Shown here piece by piece: positions 52,791 through 64,000 of a DNA stretch of 64,000 nucleotides. The number at the start of each line of letters is the position of its first letter. The stretch's first letter is position 1. The position numbers and the translations under genes are program-made. The notes beneath the pieces were generated by a model. That model was not told where the DNA came from. It saw only the letters and a list, made by a program, of their open reading frames with translations, and ran no database searches. Origin of the DNA: Camelus ferus (taxonomy: Eukaryota); NCBI RefSeq assembly GCF_009834535.1, contig NC_045707.1, positions 62,374,001 to 62,438,000 of the forward strand, written 5' to 3'.

Positions 52791-53920
52791 CTTATGAGAT
52801 CTGCATTATTTTCATCAATTCTCAGGTTGACAAATGGTGGAGCAGAATTTAAATAAAACATTTTAAGTGAGAGTCAAGCCTAGATCTGAAATGTATTGCC
52901 TAGAATTATGTAGTGGAAAAGAAAATCAAATGCTAGAAACCACCATAAAGTTTCTTTCCTCTGCTGTGTGTTTCAGCCTAAGATTGTATTCCTGAGTATT
53001 TCCTTCTTAGTTGAATGTTTTCTGACTAAACTTGGTACTCAGAGTTTCTCAGAAAACTCTTAACTGGAGTTTACTGTCCTTGAAATATGCTCTTTGGTAT
53101 GTTTATAAGCACAGCTCTCTTTGATCACAAAAGACAACTCTATCATGATTTATTTTCAAAGTGTTTCATTACCATTAATTATTTCACGGAGACCTTTTGC
53201 AGAAACAAAGATGTCTGAAAAATGGCAATGCCTTTGCTCAGCTGCCTTTATGATGATTTACTAAGTCAAACAAAGCAGAAGCTAAACTAAACTAAAAATA
53301 ATTTTTTTTCGTTTCCACATTTTCATCCTTTCGTAACCATCAGAAACTTTTATTACAACATTTAGGCATCACAACATATAGGAAAAAAGAAGATTCTCCC
53401 ACAATTTATATTCATCTTCCAGTCACAGCACATGAAATAGGTGACACTCTTCTCCACCATCTCAACCATCTATTTGTTTGCTCATTACCCTACTTCAGCA
53501 GTTTTCAAATGTTTTTCTTTTTTTTTTAAAGCATCTCTTTATACTCTAAAGAGTCACTAAAAATCCCAAAGATCTTTTGTCCATGTGGATTATATCTTTG
53601 GATATTTCCTGTATTGAAAATTAAAACTCAGATCACTTAAACATTCTTATTAATTGAACACAGTAATAAAAAGCGTATATTATTTTTATGAAAAACAAAC
53701 GTGCTTTTAAGATATAGTTTTACGTTTCTGAAATCACTTTTTTATATTTTTGCAAATTGCTTTAATATATGGATTAATAGAAGTCATTAGGAGTCTTACA
53801 TATTCTTATATCTGCCCCTGTATTAATCTATGGTGATAAACAGATTAGGTAGCCTTTGGGAAATCCCACTGCATGCTTCTTAAAGACTAAGAGTAAAAAT
53901 AGCAAATTACACCTTTGTCT

Positions 53921-55545
53921 TATTTAACAGCTCTATTGAGATATAATTTACATACCACATAGTTAACCTGTTTGAAGTGTACAATTCAATGTTGTATGAT
54001 ATATTTTCAAAATTATGCAAGTCACTATAATCTAATTTCAGAACCATTTTCATCAATGCAAAAAGAAACCCTACCTCCATTTTCGGTCCTTCTTCATTTT
54101 CCTCCTCACACTACCTTGCAATGACTAATTTTCTTTCTGTCTCTATAGAATTGCCTATTCTGGACATTTGATATAAATAATATAAGATAGGTGGCTTTTT
54201 TGAACCAACTTCTTTCATTCATCCTACTGTATTAGAGGTTCATCCACGTTGAAACATGAGCCACAACTTCATTCCTTTTTGTTGTCAAGTAATATTCCAT
54301 TCTGTGGCTATACTGCATTGTGTTTATTTATTTATCTTTTGAAAGGTATTTGAGGTTTTTCCCCTACGTTTTGGCTATTCTAAATAACTCTGCTGTGAAC
54401 ATTAGTGTACAAGATCTTGTTCGGACATATGCTTTTATTTCTTTTCGTTAAGATACCTAGAAGTGGAATTGCTGAGTCCTTGGTAACTATATATAACATT
54501 CTGAAAAACTGCCAAGCTGTTTTCCACTATTTTACTTTCCCACTATCAAAGTACAAAGGTTAGTTTATCCATAGTCTCAGCAACACTTGTTATTACCTGC
54601 CTTTTTATTTTAGCCAGACTAGTGTGTGTGACATCTTATAGTTTTGATTTGTATTTTCATAATGACTAATGATGTTGACCATCTTTTCATGTACTTACTG
54701 TCCATTCCTATATCTTCCTTAGAAAAATGGGTTTTAATCTCTTTTTTCATTTTTTAGTTATTTGCCTTCTTATTGTTGAGTTGTAAAGAGTTCTTCATAT
54801 ATTCTGGATATCAGTTCTTGTGATGGTTAATTGAATGTGTTAACTAGGTTGGATCACTGTGCCCAGATTTGGTAAAACATTATTCTAGGTGAAGGTATTT
54901 CATTGAATGATAGTAACATGGAGTTGGTGGACTTTGAATTAAGCAGACTACTCTTCATAATGTGAATGGACCTCATCCAATCAGATAAAGGCTCTAATGG
55001 AACAAAGACTGACCTGTTCTGAGCAAGAAAAAATTCTGTCAGCAGACTGCCTTTTGGACTCAAACTGCAGCTCTTTTCTAGGTCTCCATCCAGCAAGCCT
55101 ACCCTCAATTTTGAACTTACCAAGTCTCCACAGTCACGTGAGCCAGTTCCTTAAAACAATTCTCTCTCTCTAATCACACATCCAGTTGTTTCTGCTCTTC
55201 TGGAGAACCCTAACTAATACAGCATTTTATCAGATATATGATTTGCAAACATGTTCTGTCTCTGGATTATCTTTCCACTTTCTGAAATGGTGTCCTTTGA
55301 AACACAAATTTTGTTTTAACTTCAACTTATAAAACTTCTTTTTATTGTTTATGCTTTTGGTATCACATTTAGGAAATCTTTGTCTAATCCAAGTTCATCC
55401 AGATTTACTCCTCTATTTTTTTTAAGAGTTTTAGAACGTTAGCTCTTACATTTAGGTTTATGATCCACATAAAGTTAACCTTTGTGTATGGTGTGAGGTA
55501 AGTGTCCAAATTCATAATTTTACATGTGTTATCTAATCGTCTCAG
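53921..55545 (-). mobile_element. L1MB-type 3' end, split by MLT2
   Basis: ttaacagctctattgagatataatttacatacca...gtgtacaattcaatg and gatacctagaagtggaattgctgagtc. The element resumes with ttatcagatatatgatttgcaaa after 55221. Confidence 0.9.
54819..55221 (+). mobile_element. MLT2 (ERVL) solo LTR
   Basis: Both TG...CA termini are present: tgtgatggttaatt... and ...ctggagaaccctaactaataca. Internal ggacctcatccaatcag. Confidence 0.92.
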
Positions 55546-57619
55546 CAATGTATTTCTCCCTACAAACTCACAGAAATGGTTCTTGAACCACTCTTTGAGA
55601 ACTTCTGTCCTGTCTCTAAGCATCATCACACTGCAGCAATCACCTAAGTGAAAACTTGGCATTTAGAATCTACTTTAGCATGTTGGCTGTTCAGCCTCAC
55701 ACAGATAAAATATTTATCTTGTATTGTCTTGGGTAAAGGGATTTAGAACAATGACCATCTGTAATGTCATTTGGCAAAGAAATGAATTCTTATAGACTTT
55801 CCTAAACACAAGATGAAATTAGATTTTTTCCCCTCAGGATTTCAGTCTGCAAATCAGGAATAAGATTGACATTTTTCCTGGGACACATTACTAGGGAAAA
55901 AAATTCCCTTCTCTTCTAAATGTCTATGAACTAATTTTGTAGCCCCAGAATTATACCAATGTTATAGTTTCCTGCCTTCACTTTCTGTAAAGTAAAAGCC
56001 GTGAAAAATATTTTCCTTTGAGACTTTCTTAGGGCCATATGAACTTTGACCTCATTTCAGGCTTATCTTAAAAAAAAAAAAAAAAGCAAACAAAAACAAA
56101 AAACAAACTCCTGAAAAGGCATGAATAAAGTCACCAATTTCAAATACTTGCCTGATATACCAAGCATTCACATAGATACCTAAATTGTACATTATTTTAA
56201 TTAAACCTGAGAATAACCTTTGTAATCAGTATTATCCCCCTTTAAAAAAAAAGAAAAAGGCTTTAGGCTATCATTCCTAGAAAGCTATTGTACTAAAACT
56301 AAAATACTGACCACAGAATAATTCCACGTAAAAATGAGCCAAAAGTGAAAGAACTACACCGAGAAAGAAATGAGAAGAGATAATACTCATTAATATGCTT
56401 TATTTCAAGTAAAATATGCCTGAAACTGTGTTAAATGAGATGGGCTTTGTCACTGACATAAGAAAGCATTTTCTGAGGTAGGGACTTAAGGAAAGTTAGA
56501 ACACTTGAAAACCCTGAATGCCTTAGACTGTCATATGTTTCTTTTCCTATCACTGCTGATTACAAAGATATTTGCATGTAAATAGGAATTTTCTTCTGTG
56601 TAATCAGCAGGCTGTTTCCCTCAGTTTGCTATGCATGCTCTCACCATGGATCCTTTTTTCATCAGTAATCAACTCAAATATCAGACAGTGGGCTATGACA
56701 TCATCAAATAATCCAAGATTAGAAACAGTCATGAGATCAAAAAGGGGGAAACACTTTGTGTACAAAGTCTCAAAATCTGCAACAATGCTCACCTTGAAGT
56801 ATAGGAGATTCTGATGGCTTAATGAGGTTTAGTCTACCATATGATGTACAATCATTATAGTGATATTAATATTAATATATGGATCTGATGCCTTCCCCAA
56901 GTCAAAGAACTGTACTCTCAATAAATAGTTTATTCAAATTTATCCTTTCTCTTCAGACCTCTTATAGAACTTAACTGTACTCTGCTGTGGAATTTATCTC
57001 TTCGGAAGAATGTCTACGTGTCAATCTTGTGTTCTAGTCAAGTAGTGGGATAACTAGTACAATGTAAAACTAGTTATTTTTTAATATTCTAAGGCATACA
57101 GTTGGGTATCTGCCCCATAACACTTGGTAAATAATCACTTGTAGATTAAGTTAACAGAACTATGTAGTATCAAACAGCTCAGTGGCTCAGTACAATTCGA
57201 TTCAATACCTGTTTTCTCACATGAAACTATGTATAAGCCATAAAGCTAGATATTCCATAAACATAAAATGTGCTTCCAGGAACAAAGAGGAAAATAATTA
57301 TTCTGGCAAGTCAACTACATATGAATATCTTGAATATACACACATACTTTTTTTTTCAATATCAAAGTAGGATTTTTCAGAAGAGCCAGAATGAGGGCAT
57401 CAGCATTCAAACATAACAATTCTTTTTTTTTTTTTTTTAATTTTCAGAGCTATGAAATAAGGATGATTGTTAGATGAACAATATATGCTATGAAAAGAAA
57501 CTGAATGATTGCCTCTTCCTATTTTTTTAAGAAACAAACTTTTCATATTTGAGCAACCTCAAAAACAAAATATTTTAAATTACCTTTCACCAGTTTTAAA
57601 TGGTCAGCCCTAATTCTTT

Positions 57620-57950
57620 TGACTATCAGTTTACACATCCAACTGCTTACTTGACATCTTGACTTGAATATGTAACAGATACTTCAAATGTAAAATGCCC
57701 TCCCCCAAATCACAGAATTCTTAATATATAGCCCCAAACTTGTTTCTCCTGCTAAAAAGGAACTACCACCATAAACTCAGCTGTTCATGCCAAAAACATA
57801 AGAGTCGTCCTTGATTCTTGTCTTACCTTCCATTTCTAATTCATCGTAATATGCTATCAGTATATGAAAAATATTCATTCATATACATCATGATTTTATC
57901 CATTACTCTGTCTACTTCCTGCCCTTTCATCTAATCACTGCAACAGAATC
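57620..57950 (+). mobile_element. L2 fragment
   Basis: atccaactgcttacttgacatcttgacttgaatatgtaacagatacttcaaatgtaaaatgccc and gagtcgtccttgattc. Confidence 0.7.
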
Positions 57951-58559
57951 CTGAGAGTTTCCTGGGTTAAACTGTTTGAGTAGTCATAATTTTCCTTTCG
58001 TTCATTTGTATGTTATACATTTTCATAAGGTAACTATTAATTTTAGTGAAATTTTATATTAAAGTAAATTATTATGCTAGAAAAGACTACACAGAAGCAT
58101 AACGGGAAAAAGAGTGATTTGCAGATGCACATGTGAGAGGCACTGTGTTTGCCTGGGGTCTCTCACTGGCTACAGAGAAGTATTCTGAGTTTTTAAATGA
58201 GACACTTTTAGTAGTGTATGTGGATGGAGGAGGGTGAGAGAAGCATCTTCTTTGGATTTTTTAAAGTAACTTCTTTTTCCATCTTTTATTAAACCCGTTT
58301 ATGTTGATTGCTGTGTAATTTACATGGAAAAAGGAAATGATTCATAGTCCATGAGTGCTTGCATTCATTTTTTAAAATCTTAATTGTCAGCAGAATTGAG
58401 TATTCTCTGCAGCTGGCTCTTAGTCCTGTGATGAGAGACATTGCAACCTAAAAAGAAACTGTGACTTTGAGACCAGACAATCATGGAGACAAATCTGACA
58501 ACTGGGTAATATGTCTCTCTCTCCTTTCCCATTTCACTCACTTCCTTTTTTCAAACTTT

Positions 58560-59260
58560 CCTTCTTTCTTTCTTTTTAATAAGTGTTGACCCACCACCTC
58601 ATTTTATAATAAAACCTGTGCCAGGAACCAAGTATAAAGAGGCAAACAAGAACATTCTTTATAACCTCACAGATTTCTAGTTTAGCACGGAAATCAGATA
58701 GTTAGGGGAATACTCAGCATGTCAAGAGATAAACAAGATTAACTCTGCCTAAAATGTCAGGGAAAGCTTCAAAAGAAGAGGAAGCATTTGAACTCAATTT
58801 GACCCATCAAAGGAGGTTATCTCCCTGAGATACATGGCAGGGTTTCATGAATATTCTTTTCTTAATTATTACTTTTCCTCTATAAGTAACATATTATCCT
58901 GGGAGATTTTAAATACTTCTTTCTTGAGAATTAGGTTTTAAATTAAATCTGAGAAAATCATGTTGCAGCAATTTAATTCAACATACATCCCTGTGTCTAC
59001 CATTTTAGGTGATGAGGGTGCTACAAAGACTAAAAATACATGTGCCCTAAACTCTAAAAACTTGCAGTCCTGTAAAAAATGGATAAACATGCAAACAATT
59101 TCATTAGTTAGCAGACTGTGATTAAGTCTATTACAAAATTATAAACAGGGCTACATAATCATAGGAGAAGACAGACTAATTCCCATCGAAGGATCATAGA
59201 AAATTTTCCAAAAATGATGGTCAATTTAGTTCTCAGTATTGGTTGCACTTTGGTGAGTTA
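58560..59260 (-). mobile_element. L2 3' fragments (two)
   Basis: cctgtgccaggaacc...tcagggaaagcttc, and ttaattcaacatacatcc...aaaacttgcagtc. Confidence 0.5.
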
Positions 59261-59504
59261 GTATGTGGAGACAAAAACTTCATAAACTGAATATACTCTT
59301 AGATACTTGGCAATAGGGCAAAGAACAAGAGGAAAAAAGGAATTCAGTTTTAGGGAGTCTAGAGCTTGTAAAATCAAGAAAGGGGTCCTTAAGAAAAAAC
59401 AAAATAAAACTTACAAATAAAAATTAAGGACAAATGCGAATTTTTATTTAGAATGAGAAGAAAACTGTAACAAATTCATTTTTAAAAAAATTGTCAAATA
59501 TCAC

Positions 59505-59963
59505 TTTTAAAGAAAAATCACACTGGACACTAAAAAAAAGAAAAAAGGAAGAAGGACTTTTTTCAAGACTACTGCAATAGGGAAGAGAGATTAACCCCAT
59601 TCTGCTGAAAAGAAAAAAAAAAGGCAGAAGGATTTTTAAATTCTGGGGTGAACTAGTGAAAAAGTAGGGAGGTTGGTCAGGGTGATAGGTTTGCTAATTG
59701 TTGCTTAAGGAAGTTAGGCTCCTACATCCTCACTGAGACTGGGAGACAGACTATCTTTCCTGACGTTTACATTTCAAATGAATGGCTCCTATTTCTCCTT
59801 GAGAGAGAACATTCCTAGATGTAGAGGATTTATATCTCAAAGGAGCAGAAAAAGAATTTACAATTTCAAGTTTTCTAAACTAAATGCTCTAAGAAAAGGA
59901 AGACAGGAAGAAACCTGTCTAAAGTTTAGTCAAGCTGAGAGAATGTTAAGGCCATCTTGTTCA
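59505..59963 (-). mobile_element. ERV1 solo LTR (MER67/MER31 group)
   Basis: The minus strand starts tgaacaagatggccttaacattctctcagcttgactaaactttagacaggtttcttcctg, and cctattgcagtagtcttgaa lies near its 3' end. Confidence 0.8.
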
Positions 59964-60424
59964 CGCAAAAACCATCAAATCCAGAAAAATAAAGTAACAC
60001 ATATGTTAGTTAAATTTCTTACACATTTGTTACATTATTATTATTACATTATCTTTGATTATACCTCATGTGGCAACAATTCTGATATAATTTCTTACAG
60101 AAAAAATTCAGCTTTCCCATCAGCAAAGTTGGCCAAAATAAATTATTATTAATAGTTTAAAGACATTTATCTCAGATTTATAACTTATTATTGGTAATGT
60201 CAGGAATATTTTATGATGGCTGCCAAATTTAAAGAAATTGCTATCAAATTTCTTTCCTATGTGAGCTGTAAAATTTCATAGAATTCAGGTTTTCTTGTGC
60301 CACAAGCAATTCCAAATTCTGCTTGAATAACACTCATTCACCAATTTGCCAACAGTGTCCTTGCTGAAGTTGTATACTTTGAGTTTTATATTATTTTTGT
60401 CAATGTTAGTATTTCATGTTAAAT

Positions 60425-60640
60425 GAACAAGAAGTTAATAAGAATCTGAATAGTGTGATTAGGCAAGGACAACTCAGGTCAGTGGAAAAACAGAGCAAGG
60501 CATGGTCTGGTAGAATCCACTTTGGCTATTGTGCGTTGTGTCACCTGAGCATGTGCTTGAGAACACTAGTAAAGCACGATGAAGACTGGACAGACAAGGA
60601 CCAGGCACGGCTGGTTCATGACAGAAGTGCACAAAGTATG
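60425..60640 (+). mobile_element. Ancient L3/CR1 LINE relic (RT C-terminal region)
   Basis: The ORF segment VNKNLNSVIRQGQLRSVEK...RIHFGYC resembles CR1 ANAILGCINRSIASRSRE...RPHLEYC. Confidence 0.45.
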
Positions 60641-62009
60641 TTTACAAAGCTAAACTTAAAAACTCCCTCAACCTTTAAATTCATTGAACTGAGGAACCAC
60701 AAGTCATCTAACTATTTATATAAGGACTGTGATCTCTTTTCTTTTCTTTTTCAAACAGAACACAAATAAATTGCCAAGTTGAAATGATAATTCTGGAAAA
60801 ATCATTTTAGGAAGACTAATTTTGTTACTGAAATCACATTTTTTTAATTCCATCAGAGAAAGTGTTACAAATATATACGGGGCAGATAATATTGCTGCCT
60901 TGCCAAGAAAATAGGAGAAAAAGAATCAAATAGAAGAAACAAAAGAAAAGTTAATTGAAAGCTGATCTAGGAGTTAGTTTGAACAGAGTCCCATTACCAC
61001 CTCTATAACTATGCCTTTATATATATATAAGGAAATAATTTCAACGAGCGTATAAAACAAAATTTGCATTACATGCCATCTAAAGTGCGTTCCAATTCAG
61101 TGCTTGAAAGGATAAAATGCTGCAAATTGAACACAGCTGGAAAAGACCTACAGAAAGACGTGAGATAATATTAAAAGGGGGCTTTTAATGTTACTGAGGT
61201 AATTACTTTTCTCATAAGTGCCATGCTTTTCCAGCACAAGGAAAGGATGACACTGCTCGTCCTGTTCATTGTTGAAACATGATTTATCACATTTCACTTA
61301 TGAGAGCCTCATATTTTCTTGTCATGTTTTGACCATGATGTTTTCGGGGGGAAAACGATTTCACTTTTCAATTTAAAAGTAGTATGCAATCATACTATTC
61401 TGTACATAAATTAAGTATCACAACAACAAACTTGGAATAATTAAAGTTGACTTGTTTTTCTTCTTTAACCAAACTACACGAGGGGAAATTAGAAGCTAAG
61501 ACTGAAATACCTTCATGTTGTCTGGAAAGAGTCATATTTAGAAAAAGGAATGACAGTATTTTAACTTTACCAAATTCATTATGGTTTGATTTATCAAATC
61601 GTAATGTAATAACTTTAGTATCTTATGTAAAATTAAAATCATTTTTCCCAAACTACGTTCATATGTAAAAGAAATTGCATTTCTAATCAAATAAGGAATA
61701 AGCTCCTCAAATATGTAAAAGAAAAATGGCTTTAGATTAGTATGAACTACTCAAAACCACTGGCTGTTCTAATCTTAAGGCATATTCTCCCACAGTTAGA
61801 GGTAGTTTATAAGTTTATTTAGGAAGGTTTTAGGTCTGTCACTTCTGCTTTACATATTGAAGTACATTTTCTATCCAAGTGCACAGTATAGAATATTAAT
61901 AATATTTCACAAGTTAAGATAATTTAAAATATAAAATTAATTAAAGTCATAAAAAAATTGATTATAAAATAAAATTTAGCCAAACCCTCTTCAACAAGAA
62001 GTACCATCA

Positions 62010-63695
62010 AATATTAATATTACCATTGGTTTTATAAGTTGGTACAACCTTCCTGGAAGGCCAATTTGGCTCCATATATCTACAATTAAAATTCATTTAC
62101 TTTGTATTCCGGTAATCTCATTTCTATGAATTAATCATAAGGCAATAACTAGATACACTTGCTAAATATGTATACAAAACTTTTCATCCCAACATTTAAA
62201 GATATCACAATATTGGATGAAAAGAAATTGTTAAACAATGGTGAATCTTTCAAAATTTGGTATTACTTACCAATAATTAGAAATGATACTAGTTATATAT
62301 ATGAAAATATGTCATAATACTTACCATGATAGTTTTGCATAAATTATCAAATGTTATGTTTCATTAACTCATTTTTGAATATGTTTTAAATGTACATAGA
62401 AAGATTTTGAAAGGACAGAAACCAATAGATATACCAATTGATTAGCATCCTATTTAAGAGTAAAGCTCAACATTAATTTCCAAGTACATTGTATGTACTG
62501 AAAAATATTTGTGACTGAACGAATAAATCAATGAATACAACATATAAAGACAGTCATTAGACAAGGATGTGTATTCCCAGCCATATTGTTAAACATTTTC
62601 AATGACAGTCTTACAAATCCAGTAAGTGAAAAAAATGCAGTAAGAAAATAGAAAAAAGAAAAGAAACAAAAATGAGAAAGGAGAAAAAGAAAACTATAGT
62701 TATTTGCAAACTATAGTATTTCATACAGAGAAAACACAGGAGAATTAATTAAAAACTTAAAACTATGTATACCTTTTGAAGAGTGTGACTAGGATTAAAT
62801 TTATGGAAACTTATAGCTTGATATGTAATACAAATTATATACAAATACTACATATGGCAATAAAAGAAAATTAATGGTAAAAAATATGTTTACACTCAAA
62901 ATGGTAACCAAATAAAAAATGAAATGCCTGGAAACATATCCTACAAGTTGAGTCTAGGGAATATATAATTGGAAACACATAATTTTCTTATAATACATTA
63001 AAAAAAAAGAGGAACAGGTAATCTACCATTGCTATAGATGGGAAGATTTAATATTTAAATATATCAGTACTCATACTGATAAAAATATTTAAAATAATTA
63101 TAGTATTTCTAATGGTGACATTTTTGGATTTGAAAAAATTAAGGTCAGTATAAAGGAATCAGGTCAAAATAGTAAAGACAATCTAGAGCAGAAAGATAAT
63201 GAACGGGACCTAAAAAATTAGATGGTATATTATATTGAAAACATAAAATTATTTTAAAAGTACAGTGCAAGTTCAAGAGTAGGCAAATAGATGAATAAAA
63301 AGAACAAATAGCAATCCAATTAATATAAAATGTGGTATGTAATAAAGTTAGCATTTTTAATATTTTTAATATTAAAAAGATTGATAGATTGTCTAGTAAA
63401 GAATGATGAGATAGTAATTTTTTAAAAATATGAATTTAAATTAGTTTATATTTATATCACAAGAAATTTCAGTAGGATGATCAACAAAAAAAGAAGCAGA
63501 AATTGTACTGGAAAAAATATACATAAATAATATACATAGTATTGACGCCAACATGGTATTTTAACATAACAGAGGAGGTTAAAAATAATGTATATTTTTC
63601 GAATGTCAGAAGTAATACATTGTTAAATAACAGTGGAAAAAAAAGTCTTCAAAAGATAAAATGCAAACAACAAGCTAGAAAATATTTAAAAGACA
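62010..63695 (+). mobile_element. Decayed L1ME-type ORF2/3' fragments
   Basis: ttggtacaaccttcctggaaggccaatttggc, tatttgcaaactatagtatttcatacagagaaaacac and atagatgggaagatttaatatt. Confidence 0.65.
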
Positions 63696-63702
63696 AAGGG
63701 CA

Positions 63703-63910
63703 CGATGGTGTGCTGGAGCTGGCTCCATTGGCTCCCAAGTGCCTAATGTGCTCATCTTTCCCCAACTCTGCTTTCTTAAGTGATGTGAGGTTGATCGCTT
63801 GAAACGGACCACAGCGGGACTGATTATACCACAGAAACTGGCAAACACTACACATCAGGGCCTACCTTCCAAACCTGTTTACTACTACGTGCACCAGTGT
63901 ACTACCACAT
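63703..63910. mobile_element. MER63A-like hAT-Blackjack element
   Basis: tggtgtgctggagctggctc...ttcccaactc...gcttgaaa...accacagaaactggcaaacactacacatcagggc. Confidence 0.85.
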
Positions 63911-64000
63911 ACGCATTAATATAAATGTACACAGCATAACATGTGGTAGAAGTAGACAGTGGAAATCAGAAATTAAAAAGATGACGTGCAGGGGGAGAAA

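Larger units (their letters stand above)
53496..55607. mobile_element. MER119/Charlie1-like hAT element split by an L1MB insertion (pieces 53496-53920 and ~55550-55607)
   Basis: Left part cagcagttttcaaa...cccaaagatcttttgtccatgtggattatatct...gaaaattaaaact, and right terminus accactctttgagaacttctg. Confidence 0.7.

Noticed and set aside
59778..60152. 124-aa ORF
   Set aside because: It starts inside an ERV1 solo LTR and runs into AT-rich flank, with no recognisable homology.

Overview
This is AT-rich, CpG-depleted mammalian genomic DNA, either intronic or intergenic, and much of it is decayed interspersed repeat. The repeats include L1 fragments of several ages, L2, MIR, an L3/CR1 relic, MaLR/ERVL/ERV1 LTRs and hAT/Tigger DNA transposons. 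Young L1 3' ends of artiodactyl type, with no recognisable Bov-A/tA, BovB, PRE1 or CHR elements, suggest a camelid (inference). I found no protein-coding gene, RNA gene, CpG island or CRISPR array that I can support, and the supplied ORFs are L1/L2/LTR/CR1 debris or chance ORFs. The features most worth checking are a 340-bp higher-order array of self-complementary ~29-bp monomers (22643-22983), a 36-nt minus-strand exon candidate with strong splice sites (1236-1271), several unique motif-dense enhancer-like blocks, and some L1 rearrangements and nested insertions. I see no convincing new biological system. Repeat family names come from remembered consensus sequences and old-repeat boundaries are approximate, so both need RepeatMasker/Dfam confirmation.
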